Origin: Mycobacterium tuberculosis H37Rv
Lineage (GTDB): Bacteria > Actinomycetota > Actinomycetes > Mycobacteriales > Mycobacteriaceae
DNA: 32,000 bases
NCBI RefSeq assembly: GCF_000195955.2
Contig: NC_000962.3
Coordinates: 2,040,001 to 2,072,000, forward strand
Reading direction: 5' to 3'
Of the stretch, positions 8,386 to 18,255 are shown piece by piece. The notes under the pieces were generated by a model. It saw only the letters and a list, made by a program, of their open reading frames with translations. It was not told the origin of the DNA and made no database searches. How positions within the stretch are numbered: the first letter of the stretch is position 1; every line of letters begins with the position of its first letter. Made by a program: the position numbers and the translations under genes.

Positions 8386-9597
8386 ATGACTGCCGCACTT
8401 GACTTCGCCACGCTACCGCCCGAAATCAACTCGGCGCGTATGTATTCCGGCGCGGGCTCGGCCCCGATGCTGGCCGCAGCGTCAGCCTGGCACGGCTTGT
8501 CCGCAGAACTGCGCGCCAGCGCACTGTCATACAGCTCGGTGCTTTCGACGCTGACCGGTGAAGAATGGCACGGTCCGGCGTCGGCATCGATGACAGCCGC
8601 GGCCGCCCCCTACGTGGCCTGGATGAGCGTCACCGCCGTCCGGGCCGAGCAGGCCGGGGCACAGGCGGAGGCTGCCGCTGCAGCGTACGAAGCCGCGTTC
8701 GCAGCAACGGTGCCCCCGCCGGTCATCGAGGCCAACCGCGCCCAGCTCATGGCGCTGATCGCCACCAATGTGCTAGGCCAAAACGCCCCCGCGATCGCGG
8801 CCACCGAGGCCCAGTACGCCGAAATGTGGTCCCAGGACGCGATGGCCATGTACGGCTACGCCGGCGCCTCGGCAGCCGCTACCCAGCTGACCCCGTTCAC
8901 CGAGCCGGTGCAGACTACCAACGCGTCCGGCCTGGCGGCCCAGTCGGCTGCGATTGCCCACGCCACCGGCGCCTCGGCTGGTGCTCAGCAAACGACGCTG
9001 TCGCAGCTGATCGCCGCCATACCGTCTGTACTGCAAGGACTTTCGTCATCGACTGCAGCCACGTTCGCGTCGGGGCCGTCCGGATTGCTGGGCATTGTCG
9101 GGTCTGGATCTTCCTGGCTCGACAAACTCTGGGCGTTACTGGACCCCAACTCCAATTTCTGGAACACGATAGCTTCGTCCGGACTGTTCTTGCCGAGTAA
9201 CACGATTGCGCCCTTTTTGGGTCTACTCGGCGGCGTGGCAGCTGCGGATGCGGCCGGGGATGTGTTGGGAGAGGCCACCAGTGGCGGGCTCGGTGGCGCG
9301 CTGGTGGCGCCGCTTGGCTCAGCGGGCGGGCTAGGCGGCACTGTCGCGGCCGGCCTGGGCAACGCGGCCACCGTCGGAACCTTGTCGGTGCCGCCGAGCT
9401 GGACGGCGGCCGCACCACTAGCCAGCCCCTTGGGCTCCGCGTTGGGAGGCACACCGATGGTGGCACCGCCCCCAGCAGTGGCGGCCGGCATGCCCGGAAT
9501 GCCTTTCGGCACCATGGGCGGTCAAGGCTTCGGGCGTGCCGTGCCCCAGTATGGCTTCCGCCCCAACTTCGTCGCACGACCGCCCGCCGCCGGGTGA
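8386..9597 (+). CDS. PPE31: PPE family protein (SVP-type, 403 aa)
   Basis: SD gaggag upstream of the ATG at 8386. DFATLPPEINSARMYSGAG N-terminus. LSVPPSW motif present. Confidence 0.93.
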   Translation: MTAALDFATLPPEINSARMYSGAGSAPMLAAASAWHGLSAELRASALSYSSVLSTLTGEEWHGPASASMTAAAAPYVAWMSVTAVRAEQAGAQAEAAAAAYEAAFAATVPPPVIEANRAQLMALIATNVLGQNAPAIAATEAQYAEMWSQDAMAMYGYAGASAAATQLTPFTEPVQTTNASGLAAQSAAIAHATGASAGAQQTTLSQLIAAIPSVLQGLSSSTAATFASGPSGLLGIVGSGSSWLDKLWALLDPNSNFWNTIASSGLFLPSNTIAPFLGLLGGVAAADAAGDVLGEATSGGLGGALVAPLGSAGGLGGTVAAGLGNAATVGTLSVPPSWTAAAPLASPLGSALGGTPMVAPPPAVAAGMPGMPFGTMGGQGFGRAVPQYGFRPNFVARPPAAG

Positions 9598-9917
9598 TCC
9601 CGTAGGGGGTGGGTTCCCTGGAAAGCGCCAGGGTCACGATGGCGCAGCCGAATAGCCGACAGTGCTTTTCTCTGCGAATACCGGAGTTGGTCGCGCGAAA
9701 TCATTTCCGTTTAGCGCGTTCACCAGCGCAGGCGGGCCAGGCTCAATAAGCGGAAATTTCTCGGGCGAAGCACCCGTGCAGCAGCGCAAATAGATGGGAT
9801 CGGCAGGACGTAGACATTGGGATATCTGGTGAAGTTCATAAGAGCTTGACCAGTTGGTGGGCAGAACTACGCGAGCGTGATTAGCATGGCGGCCATCGAG
9901 GGGACCGGAGGTCAGGG

Positions 9918-11150
9918 ATGTTGGATTTCGGGGCGCTACCACCGGAGATTAATTCGGGGCGAATGTACGCGGGTCCGGGATCCGGACCGTTGCTGGCCGC
10001 CGCAGCGGCCTGGGATGCGCTAGCCGCCGAGTTGTACTCCGCGGCGGCGTCCTATGGCTCAACGATTGAGGGCCTCACCGTAGCACCGTGGATGGGTCCC
10101 TCCTCGATCACGATGGCCGCCGCGGTCGCTCCATATGTGGCGTGGATTAGCGTCACCGCCGGCCAGGCCGAACAGGCAGGGGCCCAGGCCAAGATCGCTG
10201 CGGGCGTTTATGAGACGGCATTTGCGGCAACGGTGCCGCCACCGGTAATCGAGGCCAACCGCGCTTTGTTAATGTCGCTGGTCGCCACGAACATCTTCGG
10301 GCAGAACACACCGGCGATCGCGGCCACCGAGGCCCACTACGCGGAGATGTGGGCGCAAGATGCGGCCGCGATGTATGGCTATGCCGGCTCGTCGGCCACT
10401 GCGTCGCAGTTGGCGCCGTTCAGCGAGCCGCCGCAAACGACCAATCCGTCGGCAACGGCCGCTCAATCAGCCGTCGTCGCCCAGGCCGCCGGCGCCGCGG
10501 CCAGCTCTGACATCACAGCGCAGCTGTCCCAGTTGATCAGCCTGCTACCCAGCACCTTGCAAAGCCTGGCGACAACAGCGACCGCGACGTCGGCCAGCGC
10601 TGGTTGGGACACCGTCCTGCAAAGCATCACCACTATCTTGGCGAACCTCACTGGGCCGTACAGCATCATCGGGCTGGGCGCTATACCTGGCGGCTGGTGG
10701 CTGACGTTCGGCCAGATCCTCGGCCTAGCCCAAAACGCCCCAGGTGTGGCCGCCCTACTGGGCCCGAAAGCCGCCGCCGGCGCGTTGTCGCCATTGGCGC
10801 CGCTACGGGGCGGGTATATCGGAGATATCACGCCTCTCGGTGGTGGGGCCACAGGGGGCATCGCCCGTGCGATCTACGTCGGGTCGCTCTCGGTCCCGCA
10901 GGGCTGGGCCGAGGCCGCACCGGTGATGAGGGCGGTCGCATCGGTATTGCCGGGCACCGGCGCCGCCCCCGCCCTGGCCGCCGAGGCACCAGGTGCCTTG
11001 TTCGGCGAGATGGCCCTGTCGAGTCTGGCCGGACGCGCGCTGGCAGGAACCGCGGTGCGCTCTGGTGCCGGAGCTGCTCGCGTCGCAGGCGGTTCCGTCA
11101 CCGAAGACGTCGCCAGCACGACCACCATCATCGTCATACCCGCGGACTGA
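9918..11150 (+). CDS. PPE32: PPE family protein (SVP-type, 410 aa); collinear paralogue of PPE29
   Basis: [22 protein letters not shown]-terminus. Contains LSVPQGW and [10 protein letters not shown]. The C-terminus IIVIPAD resembles the PPE29 ending. Confidence 0.93.
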
Positions 11151-11281
11151 CAGGACTTTCGAGATGGCACTTGAACTGGGTGTTAGCCCCCACCGGAGAG
11201 GAGAGAAGGACGGTGTCATCGCCACTGTGGCCGGTGGCTGGCGGCCAGCCAGTTAGCGGCCGGTTGAGGAAAGGTGTGGCA

Positions 11282-12688
11282 ATGGATTTCGGATTGCAGC
11301 CACCGGAGATCACCTCCGGGGAGATGTACCTAGGTCCGGGCGCCGGTCCGATGTTGGCTGCGGCAGTGGCCTGGGATGGGTTGGCGGCCGAATTGCAGTC
11401 CATGGCGGCCTCCTACGCCTCGATCGTCGAGGGCATGGCGAGTGAGTCATGGTTGGGTCCGTCGTCGGCCGGTATGGCCGCTGCGGCCGCACCATATGTG
11501 ACCTGGATGTCGGGTACCTCGGCACAGGCCAAGGCGGCCGCTGACCAGGCCAGAGCCGCGGTGGTCGCCTACGAAACCGCGTTCGCGGCGGTGGTGCCAC
11601 CGCCGCAGATTGCGGCCAACCGCAGCCAGCTCATATCGCTGGTGGCGACCAACATTTTCGGACAAAACACCGCCGCGATCGCAGCCACCGAAGCCGAATA
11701 CGGCGAAATGTGGGCCCAGGACACCATGGCGATGTTCGGCTATGCTAGCTCCTCGGCGACCGCCTCGCGGCTGACCCCGTTCACTGCACCGCCGCAGACC
11801 ACCAACCCGTCCGGACTTGCCGGCCAGGCGGCCGCAACGGGGCAAGCGACCGCCCTAGCGAGCGGCACCAATGCGGTGACAACCGCGCTTTCGAGTGCAG
11901 CGGCGCAGTTTCCGTTCGACATCATCCCGACCCTGCTGCAGGGCCTGGCCACACTCAGCACCCAATACACCCAACTCATGGGCCAACTCATTAACGCCAT
12001 CTTCGGGCCGACGGGCGCAACGACCTATCAGAACGTGTTTGTCACCGCAGCCAACGTCACCAAGTTCAGCACGTGGGCCAACGACGCCATGAGCGCGCCC
12101 AACCTGGGAATGACGGAGTTCAAGGTGTTCTGGCAACCCCCGCCGGCGCCCGAGATCCCCAAATCGTCGTTGGGTGCCGGACTTGGCCTGCGGTCAGGGC
12201 TTAGCGCGGGCCTGGCCCACGCCGCATCGGCGGGTCTGGGTCAGGCGAACCTGGTGGGAGACCTGTCGGTACCGCCCAGTTGGGCCTCAGCTACCCCGGC
12301 GGTCAGGCTAGTTGCCAACACATTGCCGGCCACCAGCCTGGCTGCGGCCCCCGCGACACAGATCCCAGCAAACCTGCTCGGTCAGATGGCTCTGGGGAGC
12401 ATGACCGGAGGTGCCCTCGGTGCCGCCGCCCCCGCCATCTACACGGGCAGTGGCGCCCGGGCCCGCGCCAATGGGGGAACGCCCAGCGCTGAGCCGGTCA
12501 AGCTGGAGGCTGTCATCGCGCAGCTACAAAAGCAACCGGACGCAGTGCGACACTGGAATGTCGATAAGGCCGATCTTGATGGCCTGCTGGATCGATTGTC
12601 GAAACAGCCCGGCATCCACGCGGTACACGTGTCGAACGGCGACAAACCCAAGGTTGCCTTGCCCGATACTCAGTTGGGTTCACACTGA
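11282..12688 (+). CDS. PPE33: PPE family protein (SVP-type, 468 aa); collinear paralogue of PPE30
   Basis: The true start is the ATG at 11282 ([20 protein letters not shown]). The track ORF extends this frame upstream into PPE32 as an artefact. LSVPPSW motif present. Tail ...[28 protein letters not shown]... Confidence 0.92.
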   Translation: MDFGLQPPEITSGEMYLGPGAGPMLAAAVAWDGLAAELQSMAASYASIVEGMASESWLGPSSAGMAAAAAPYVTWMSGTSAQAKAAADQARAAVVAYETAFAAVVPPPQIAANRSQLISLVATNIFGQNTAAIAATEAEYGEMWAQDTMAMFGYASSSATASRLTPFTAPPQTTNPSGLAGQAAATGQATALASGTNAVTTALSSAAAQFPFDIIPTLLQGLATLSTQYTQLMGQLINAIFGPTGATTYQNVFVTAANVTKFSTWANDAMSAPNLGMTEFKVFWQPPPAPEIPKSSLGAGLGLRSGLSAGLAHAASAGLGQANLVGDLSVPPSWASATPAVRLVANTLPATSLAAAPATQIPANLLGQMALGSMTGGALGAAAPAIYTGSGARARANGGTPSAEPVKLEAVIAQLQKQPDAVRHWNVDKADLDGLLDRLSKQPGIHAVHVSNGDKPKVALPDTQLGSH

Positions 12689-12932
12689 ACGTGATTCGAA
12701 ATCCACACTGATACTGGAGGTGATTACCGGCTGAAGCAAAGCGCATTGGAAATCCAGGCTTAGACCATTGCCATGTGGCCGTGAGATTCGTCACGTCTTG
12801 ACATCCGCGTCCGGCGGGTCACCTTCGACCGCGGTCAATGTCATTGGTAGGTAAGGGCTTTGCTGTACTGATGGCCGAATTTTGACTCGAAAAGTATGTC
12901 GGGCCCTCGCAGCAGATCTGCCGCAGGACGCG

Positions 12933-13289
12933 ATGCAATTACAACGCACGATGGGACAATGCAGACCTATGAGAATGCTAGTAGCGCTCCTGCTGAGCGC
13001 CGCCACCATGATCGGCCTAGCCGCACCCGGGAAAGCCGATCCAACAGGCGACGATGCCGCCTTCCTTGCCGCGTTGGACCAGGCCGGCATCACCTACGCT
13101 GACCCAGGCCACGCCATAACGGCCGCCAAGGCGATGTGTGGGCTGTGTGCTAACGGCGTAACAGGTCTACAGCTGGTCGCGGACCTGCGGGACTACAATC
13201 CCGGGCTGACCATGGACAGCGCGGCCAAGTTCGCTGCCATCGCATCAGGCGCGTACTGCCCCGAACACCTGGAACATCACCCGAGTTAG
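12933..13289 (+). CDS. Secreted DUF732-family protein (118 aa from the ATG at 12933; the ATG at 12969 would give a cleaner signal peptide)
   Basis: Signal peptide MRMLVALLLSAATMIGLAAPGKA, then DDAAFLAALDQAGITY...KAMCGLC...KFAAIASGAYCP. Paralogue of 7023-7349. Corresponds to the Rv1810 position immediately upstream of mgtC. Confidence 0.8.
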   Translation: MQLQRTMGQCRPMRMLVALLLSAATMIGLAAPGKADPTGDDAAFLAALDQAGITYADPGHAITAAKAMCGLCANGVTGLQLVADLRDYNPGLTMDSAAKFAAIASGAYCPEHLEHHPS

Positions 13290-13442
13290 CGGGGCGCATT
13301 TCCTGATCACCGCGGTGGTGCGCGGTGGTGTGGTGCGTCCGAGGGGGTTGCGATGCACCCGGTTCGCCTAGGCTCAAACTGCTGTTAACCTGCGCGTGGT
13401 TGGCTGCCGTGGCCGTCTTGCGATCGGGAAGGACTCGGCGTC

Positions 13443-14147
13443 ATGCAAACGCTGACTGTCGCCGATTTCGCTCTCCGGCTGGCCGTCGGAGTGGGTTGCG
13501 GGGCCATTATCGGGCTCGAGCGCCAGTGGCGGGCGCGGATGGCTGGGTTGCGCACCAACGCTCTGGTGGCGACCGGTGCTACCTTGTTCGTGCTGTACGC
13601 GGTCGCCACCGAGGACAGCAGCCCCACCCGAGTGGCGTCCTACGTGGTTTCTGGAATTGGATTCCTGGGCGGCGGGGTCATCCTGCGGGAGGGGTTCAAC
13701 GTCCGCGGTCTGAACACGGCTGCCACGCTTTGGTGCTCGGCCGCGGTCGGAGTGCTGGCCGCCTCCGGGCATCTGGTGTTCACCCTGATTGGCACCGGAA
13801 CCATCGTCGCTGTCCATCTCCTGGGGCGCCCACTTGGCCGGCTGGTCGACCGCGACAACGCCGTCGAAGACGAAGGGCTGCAGCCCTACCAGGTACGGGT
13901 GATTTGTCGGCCCAAAGCAGAGACCTATGTACGTGCCCATATCGTGCAGCGCACCAGCAGCAACGACATCACGCTGCGGGGTATACGCACGGGGCCGGCC
14001 GGAGACGACAACATCACGTTGACGGCCCACCTATTGATGGTTGGCCATACCCCGGCCAAGCTAGAGCGGTTGGTGGCGGAACTGTCGCTGCAGCCGGGCG
14101 TTTACGCTGTGCACTGGTATGCCGGTGAGCACGCGCAGGCCGAATGA
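13443..14147 (+). CDS. mgtC: MgtC-family Mg2+-homeostasis/virulence membrane protein (234 aa)
   Basis: The N-terminus MQTLTVADFALRLAVGVGCGAIIGLERQWRARMAGLRTNALV is the conserved MgtC/SapB membrane domain, followed by a soluble C-terminal domain. Confidence 0.95.
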   Translation: MQTLTVADFALRLAVGVGCGAIIGLERQWRARMAGLRTNALVATGATLFVLYAVATEDSSPTRVASYVVSGIGFLGGGVILREGFNVRGLNTAATLWCSAAVGVLAASGHLVFTLIGTGTIVAVHLLGRPLGRLVDRDNAVEDEGLQPYQVRVICRPKAETYVRAHIVQRTSSNDITLRGIRTGPAGDDNITLTAHLLMVGHTPAKLERLVAELSLQPGVYAVHWYAGEHAQAE

Positions 14148-14156
14148 CCCACGACA

Positions 14157-15359
14157 CTAGGGGCGGGGCTGTACTCGCGGCGCGGCCGCAGCCAGCAAGT
14201 CTGCCCGACTGCCGTTCAGCGGCGGGTAGATCCGCCGGGTATTGATTGACTGCTTGGTGGTCTTGGCCGGTGCGCCCTGCGATACCACTTTGCGTTCCCA
14301 TCCCTCGGTGTACACCGCGCCCGCCGATCCTAGATCGAGAACCGTGACATACCAAGGGATCCGAAGAGCCAGCAACGGTTGGTCGAACAGATCGTTGATG
14401 ACGTTGCAGCCGGCATAGCGGCCCATCGGGCGCCCATGCTGACACGACATGACCGACAGGTGCTCGTCATCCATCCGGGCCGCGGCCACATCGCCAGCAG
14501 CAAACATCGCAGGCACCCCGATCACCCGCAGGTAGTCGTCGACTTGCAGGCGTCCCAGCCGATCACGGGCTACCGGCAGCTGCTCGGTCAGGCGGCTGGC
14601 CCGCATGCCGGCGCACCACACCACGGTGGCCGCTGCCAGCCGTTCCCCCGATGACAGCGTTACACCGCCCGGGCTGACGGCGGCAACGCTCACGCCGGTT
14701 CTGGTCTCGACGCCGTTGTCCAACAGCGCCTGTTCGATCACCGGCCGCGCCGATAAACCCATATCGGAGCCGACGAAGGGGTTGTGGTCGATGAGTACCA
14801 CGCGGGGGGTGACACCATCACCACGGGCGAACAACGCGTGCAGTCGGCCCGGCAACTCGCAGGCCGTCTCGATACCGGTCAGCCCGGCACCGACGACCAC
14901 GACGGTTGCCGCCGCCGATGTCAGCGGCCCGCCGGCCAGTCCTTGCAGATGCTGCTGTAGCCTGACCGCGCCGTCGTACGTGTCGACATCAAAACCGAAC
15001 TCTGCCAGTCCTGGCAACGCGGGTTTGACCACGTGACTGCCCGACGCGAGGACCAGTCGGTCATAGCTATATGAGGCACCGGTCGACGTGGTGACGCGGC
15101 GGCCGTCGGCGTCGATCGCGGTCACCTCGGCGGTGACATGCGCAACGCCGGCAGGGCCGAGCACGTCGCCGAGCGGGATGCGGCAGGCGCTCAGATCAGC
15201 CTCATAGTTGCGAACCCGGATATCATGAAACGGTTTGTTGCTCACCACCATGACGTCGACCGTGCCCGCTAGGACGGCGAGCTCGTCGAGTCGTCGGGCC
15301 GCACCGAGCGCCGCCCACAGGCCCGCGAACCCGGAGCCGATCACCACCACCCGGGTCAA
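14157..15359 (-). CDS. FAD-dependent pyridine nucleotide-disulfide oxidoreductase, NDH-2-like (400 aa, TTG start)
   Basis: Two Rossmann dinucleotide motifs, VVVIGSGFAGL and VVVVGAGLTGIE, plus FAAGDVA near the C-terminal third. Corresponds to the Rv1812c position. Confidence 0.92.
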   Translation of the reverse strand: MTRVVVIGSGFAGLWAALGAARRLDELAVLAGTVDVMVVSNKPFHDIRVRNYEADLSACRIPLGDVLGPAGVAHVTAEVTAIDADGRRVTTSTGASYSYDRLVLASGSHVVKPALPGLAEFGFDVDTYDGAVRLQQHLQGLAGGPLTSAAATVVVVGAGLTGIETACELPGRLHALFARGDGVTPRVVLIDHNPFVGSDMGLSARPVIEQALLDNGVETRTGVSVAAVSPGGVTLSSGERLAAATVVWCAGMRASRLTEQLPVARDRLGRLQVDDYLRVIGVPAMFAAGDVAAARMDDEHLSVMSCQHGRPMGRYAGCNVINDLFDQPLLALRIPWYVTVLDLGSAGAVYTEGWERKVVSQGAPAKTTKQSINTRRIYPPLNGSRADLLAAAAPRVQPRP

Positions 15360-15680
15360 CGGCTAAACACCTGACGACTCTGGGGTATCGCCGCCGCCGC
15401 GTGGCGACCGGGCAGGAACATCCACACGTGCCAACCTCCTTCGAGCCCGGGCCATCCGATAACCCCGTTAGCCGTCGCGAGCTTACAGAAGGTGCAGGCA
15501 TCGGGATTGAGTGCATCATGGGATACCGGTGAATACCGTCAGCCGGGGCAGCCAGGGTAGGGGACACCCCCCGCTCGGGCTGCCAGCGGAGTATCGAGCG
15601 GATCGCCATCGGCGTAGCAGATACCGGGTCAGAGCAGCGTACGCTGGCACATTCGGCTTCGGCTCGCTGGTTAGCGATTG

Positions 15681-16112
15681 TTAGTTGCACGCCCAGTTGA
15701 CGATCCGCCCGCCTTCGAGTCGGTTCACGGCGTCGTCTTCTGCCGCGCGGCGCGTGAGTCCGGTTCCGCCTTGGTATTTCGAGCCGTTGTAGGCGACCGC
15801 GCCGCACCTGGTGAAGCGACTAACCACTTTGCAAGTCTTGTCACCGCACTTTTCTAGTGCGACTTGCTCTGCTCGCGCCGGTGTGCGCTGGTGCCACGCT
15901 TTGCCCGACGCGCCGCTGGGGGCATAGGCAATCGCCCCGTAATGGATAATCGGAGGGATAGGCAACCCGGCAATTTCCGACATCATGACTTCCGACATCG
16001 AACCGTTGGCGAGATGGGCGTCCACCGTCGGAACCAGCAGGATGCCCAGCCCGAGAGCAGCCCCTAGGCCGGCGGCTGCCATCGCGGTTCGGCGTCGGAG
16101 GTTTGTGATCAT
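15681..16112 (-). CDS. Secreted conserved protein (143 aa), DUF4189-like; Rv1813c position
   Basis: ATG at 16112. The signal/TM segment RRRTAMAAAGLGAALGLGILLV is followed by a Cys-containing domain: ...KCGDKTCKVVSRFTRCGAVAYNGSKYQGGTG...NWACN. Confidence 0.85.
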   Translation of the reverse strand: MITNLRRRTAMAAAGLGAALGLGILLVPTVDAHLANGSMSEVMMSEIAGLPIPPIIHYGAIAYAPSGASGKAWHQRTPARAEQVALEKCGDKTCKVVSRFTRCGAVAYNGSKYQGGTGLTRRAAEDDAVNRLEGGRIVNWACN

Positions 16113-16364
16113 GTCCTGCCCCCTTTCTGCGGTCGGTAATCCAGCGGTTTGAAAGGGTTGAGCCGACTTACGCGCAGTGGATGCGTCGAAGGGTCAATGA
16201 GGCTGGGTACTGAGACGGCCACGGTTGGAAGCCCGGCGCCCTGGCCGATGATCGATCAGGTCATCGCTGTATGGAGGCTGCCCACCCACGGTGCTCGGTT
16301 CGGTCCGGGATTCTGGCGCTTGTGTGTCATGTGCCCAAGTGTGCGATAAATATACCTGACCCGG

Positions 16365-16384
16365 GTAGGGCATAAAGTCTCTAA
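16365..16384. promoter_or_regulatory. Candidate DosR (DevR) box
   Basis: gtaGGGCATAAAGTCTCtaa resembles the recalled palindromic consensus TTSGGGACTWWAGTCCCSAA, with roughly 14 of 20 positions matching. A minus-strand TATATT (-10-like, 16354-16349) lies just downstream, in the Rv1813c direction. Confidence 0.3.
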
Positions 16385-16478
16385 CAGCACCGACCGGATA
16401 GGGAACAACGGCCTTCGGGCAAGCGGCTTCACTGTCAAGTCGTCACCTGTCACGCATGCGAGTCGTAGCCTGTCTGAT

Positions 16479-17423
16479 GTGGATGCCGTCGCCGGATTCT
16501 TCTCAGCGCTGCCCGAGGAAATGCGGGACCCGGTACTGTTCGCCATTCCATGTTTTCTATTGCTGCTGATTCTCGAATGGACGGCGGCCCGCAAGCTGGA
16601 AAGCATCGAGACCGCTGCTACCGGGCAGCCACGGCCCGCCTCGGGCGCTTACCTCACCCGCGACTCGGTGGCCAGCATCTCGATGGGGCTGGTTTCGATA
16701 GCCACCACCGCCGGCTGGAAGTCCCTTGCCCTGCTCGGTTATGCCGCAATCTATGCCTACCTTGCCCCCTGGCAGCTGTCCGCCCACCGGTGGTACACCT
16801 GGGTGATCGCGATCGTTGGTGTCGATCTGCTGTACTACTCCTATCACCGCATCGCCCACCGAGTTCGGCTGATCTGGGCTACCCACCAGGCGCATCACTC
16901 CAGCGAATACTTCAACTTCGCCACCGCGCTGCGCCAGAAGTGGAACAACAGCGGCGAGATTCTCATGTGGGTTCCGCTGCCACTGATGGGGCTTCCCCCT
17001 TGGATGGTGTTCTGCAGTTGGTCGCTGAACTTGATCTACCAGTTCTGGGTGCACACCGAGCGGATCGACAGGCTGCCGCGGTGGTTCGAATTCGTCTTCA
17101 ATACCCCGTCGCACCACCGGGTCCACCACGGAATGGACCCGGTGTATCTGGACAAGAACTATGGCGGCATCCTCATCATCTGGGACCGCCTGTTCGGTAG
17201 CTTTCAGCCGGAGCTATTCCGACCGCATTATGGCCTGACCAAGCGGGTCGACACGTTCAACATCTGGAAGCTGCAGACCCGCGAGTACGTGGCGATCGTG
17301 CGTGACTGGCGGTCGGCAACACGTCTGCGGGATCGGCTGGGCTACGTCTTCGGACCGCCGGGCTGGGAACCGCGCACCATCGATAAATCCAATGCCGCCG
17401 CCTCCCTGGTCACGTCTCGGTAA
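16479..17423 (+). CDS. erg3: Fatty-acid hydroxylase / C-5 sterol desaturase superfamily membrane protein (314 aa; the alternative ATG at 16521 gives 300 aa)
   Basis: Three His boxes, HRIAH, HQAHH and HHRVHH, are embedded in hydrophobic segments. Confidence 0.88.
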   Translation: MDAVAGFFSALPEEMRDPVLFAIPCFLLLLILEWTAARKLESIETAATGQPRPASGAYLTRDSVASISMGLVSIATTAGWKSLALLGYAAIYAYLAPWQLSAHRWYTWVIAIVGVDLLYYSYHRIAHRVRLIWATHQAHHSSEYFNFATALRQKWNNSGEILMWVPLPLMGLPPWMVFCSWSLNLIYQFWVHTERIDRLPRWFEFVFNTPSHHRVHHGMDPVYLDKNYGGILIIWDRLFGSFQPELFRPHYGLTKRVDTFNIWKLQTREYVAIVRDWRSATRLRDRLGYVFGPPGWEPRTIDKSNAAASLVTSR

Positions 17424-17527
17424 CGTCGCGACCCGACATTGCGAAAGTATTACCGTCGGGTTTTGGTACGCCTTAGCCGTAACCGGCGGCGGGCGATGCG
17501 CTTGGCCCCGACGGATGGGAGTTCAAG

Positions 17528-18193
17528 GTGGTCCGCCTGGTACCACGCGCATTCGCAGCGACGGTCGCCCTATTGGCGGCCGGGTTTTCGCCGGCGACCG
17601 CCAGTGCCGATCCGGTCTTGGTGTTCCCCGGCATGGAAATCCGTCAGGACAACCACGTCTGCACCCTGGGCTACGTCGACCCAGCTCTGAAAATCGCGTT
17701 TACCGCGGGGCATTGTCGGGGCGGGGGAGCGGTCACCAGCCGGGACTACAAGGTTATCGGCCATCTCAGGGCCATCCGGGACAACACACCCAGCGGCTCC
17801 ACCGTGGCCACGCACGAGTTGATCGCCGACTACGAGGCGATTGTGCTGGCTGACGACGTCACGGCAAGCAACATTTTGCCGAGCGGGCGTGCACTGGAAT
17901 CCAGACCGGGTGTGGTTCTTCACCCGGGCCAAGCGGTCTGCCATTTCGGCGTCAGCACAGGCGAAACCTGTGGGACCGTCGAAAGCGTCAACAACGGCTG
18001 GTTCACCATGTCCCACGGCGTGCTCAGTGAGAAGGGGGATTCGGGGGGCCCGGTCTACCTGGCCCCCGATGGCGGCCCCGCGCAGATCGTCGGGATCTTC
18101 AACAGCGTCTGGGGCGGCTTTCCCGCGGCGGTGTCCTGGCGGTCGACGTCCGAGCAGGTTCACGCGGATCTCGGCGTGACGCCCCTTGCTTAG
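17528..18193 (+). CDS. Secreted chymotrypsin-fold (S1 family) serine protease candidate (221 aa, GTG start); Rv1815 position
   Basis: Signal peptide ...[13 protein letters not shown]|DP. His motif FTAGHC and Ser motif [10 protein letters not shown] candidate Asp lies in [10 protein letters not shown]. Confidence 0.85.
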   Translation: MVRLVPRAFAATVALLAAGFSPATASADPVLVFPGMEIRQDNHVCTLGYVDPALKIAFTAGHCRGGGAVTSRDYKVIGHLRAIRDNTPSGSTVATHELIADYEAIVLADDVTASNILPSGRALESRPGVVLHPGQAVCHFGVSTGETCGTVESVNNGWFTMSHGVLSEKGDSGGPVYLAPDGGPAQIVGIFNSVWGGFPAAVSWRSTSEQVHADLGVTPLA

Positions 18194-18255
18194 CAAGCAC
18201 CCCGTTAGCGGCCACCAGGTTGATCGCCGTGTGTTTGCTAGAGCGGTGATCTCGG

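Noticed and set aside
9634-9942. 102-aa minus-strand ORF, plus a 60-aa ORF at 9522-9704 (-), in the PPE31-PPE32 gap.
   Set aside because: There are no motifs and no SD, and the codon third positions are not GC-biased as in real Mtb genes. I treat the gap as non-coding (see the finding on the hairpin and gap).
13311-13335. 10-bp tandem cgcggtggtg x2 followed by tggtg, between Rv1810 and mgtC.
   Set aside because: It is too short and simple to assign a function, and is probably a slippage product. I noted it only as a possible minor polymorphic site.
15558-15572. taggggacacccccc, a possible DosR half-site upstream of Rv1812c.
   Set aside because: Only one GGGAC half-site is present, and the second half (GTCCC) is replaced by a C-run. 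The match is much poorer than the candidate at 16365-16384.
15223-15807. 194-aa minus-strand ORF bridging the Rv1813c 3' end and the Rv1812c 5' end.
   Set aside because: It is extremely Arg-rich (RRGRLQRLEIPRRNRTHAPRGRRRRREPTRRR) and overlaps two solid genes in other frames.
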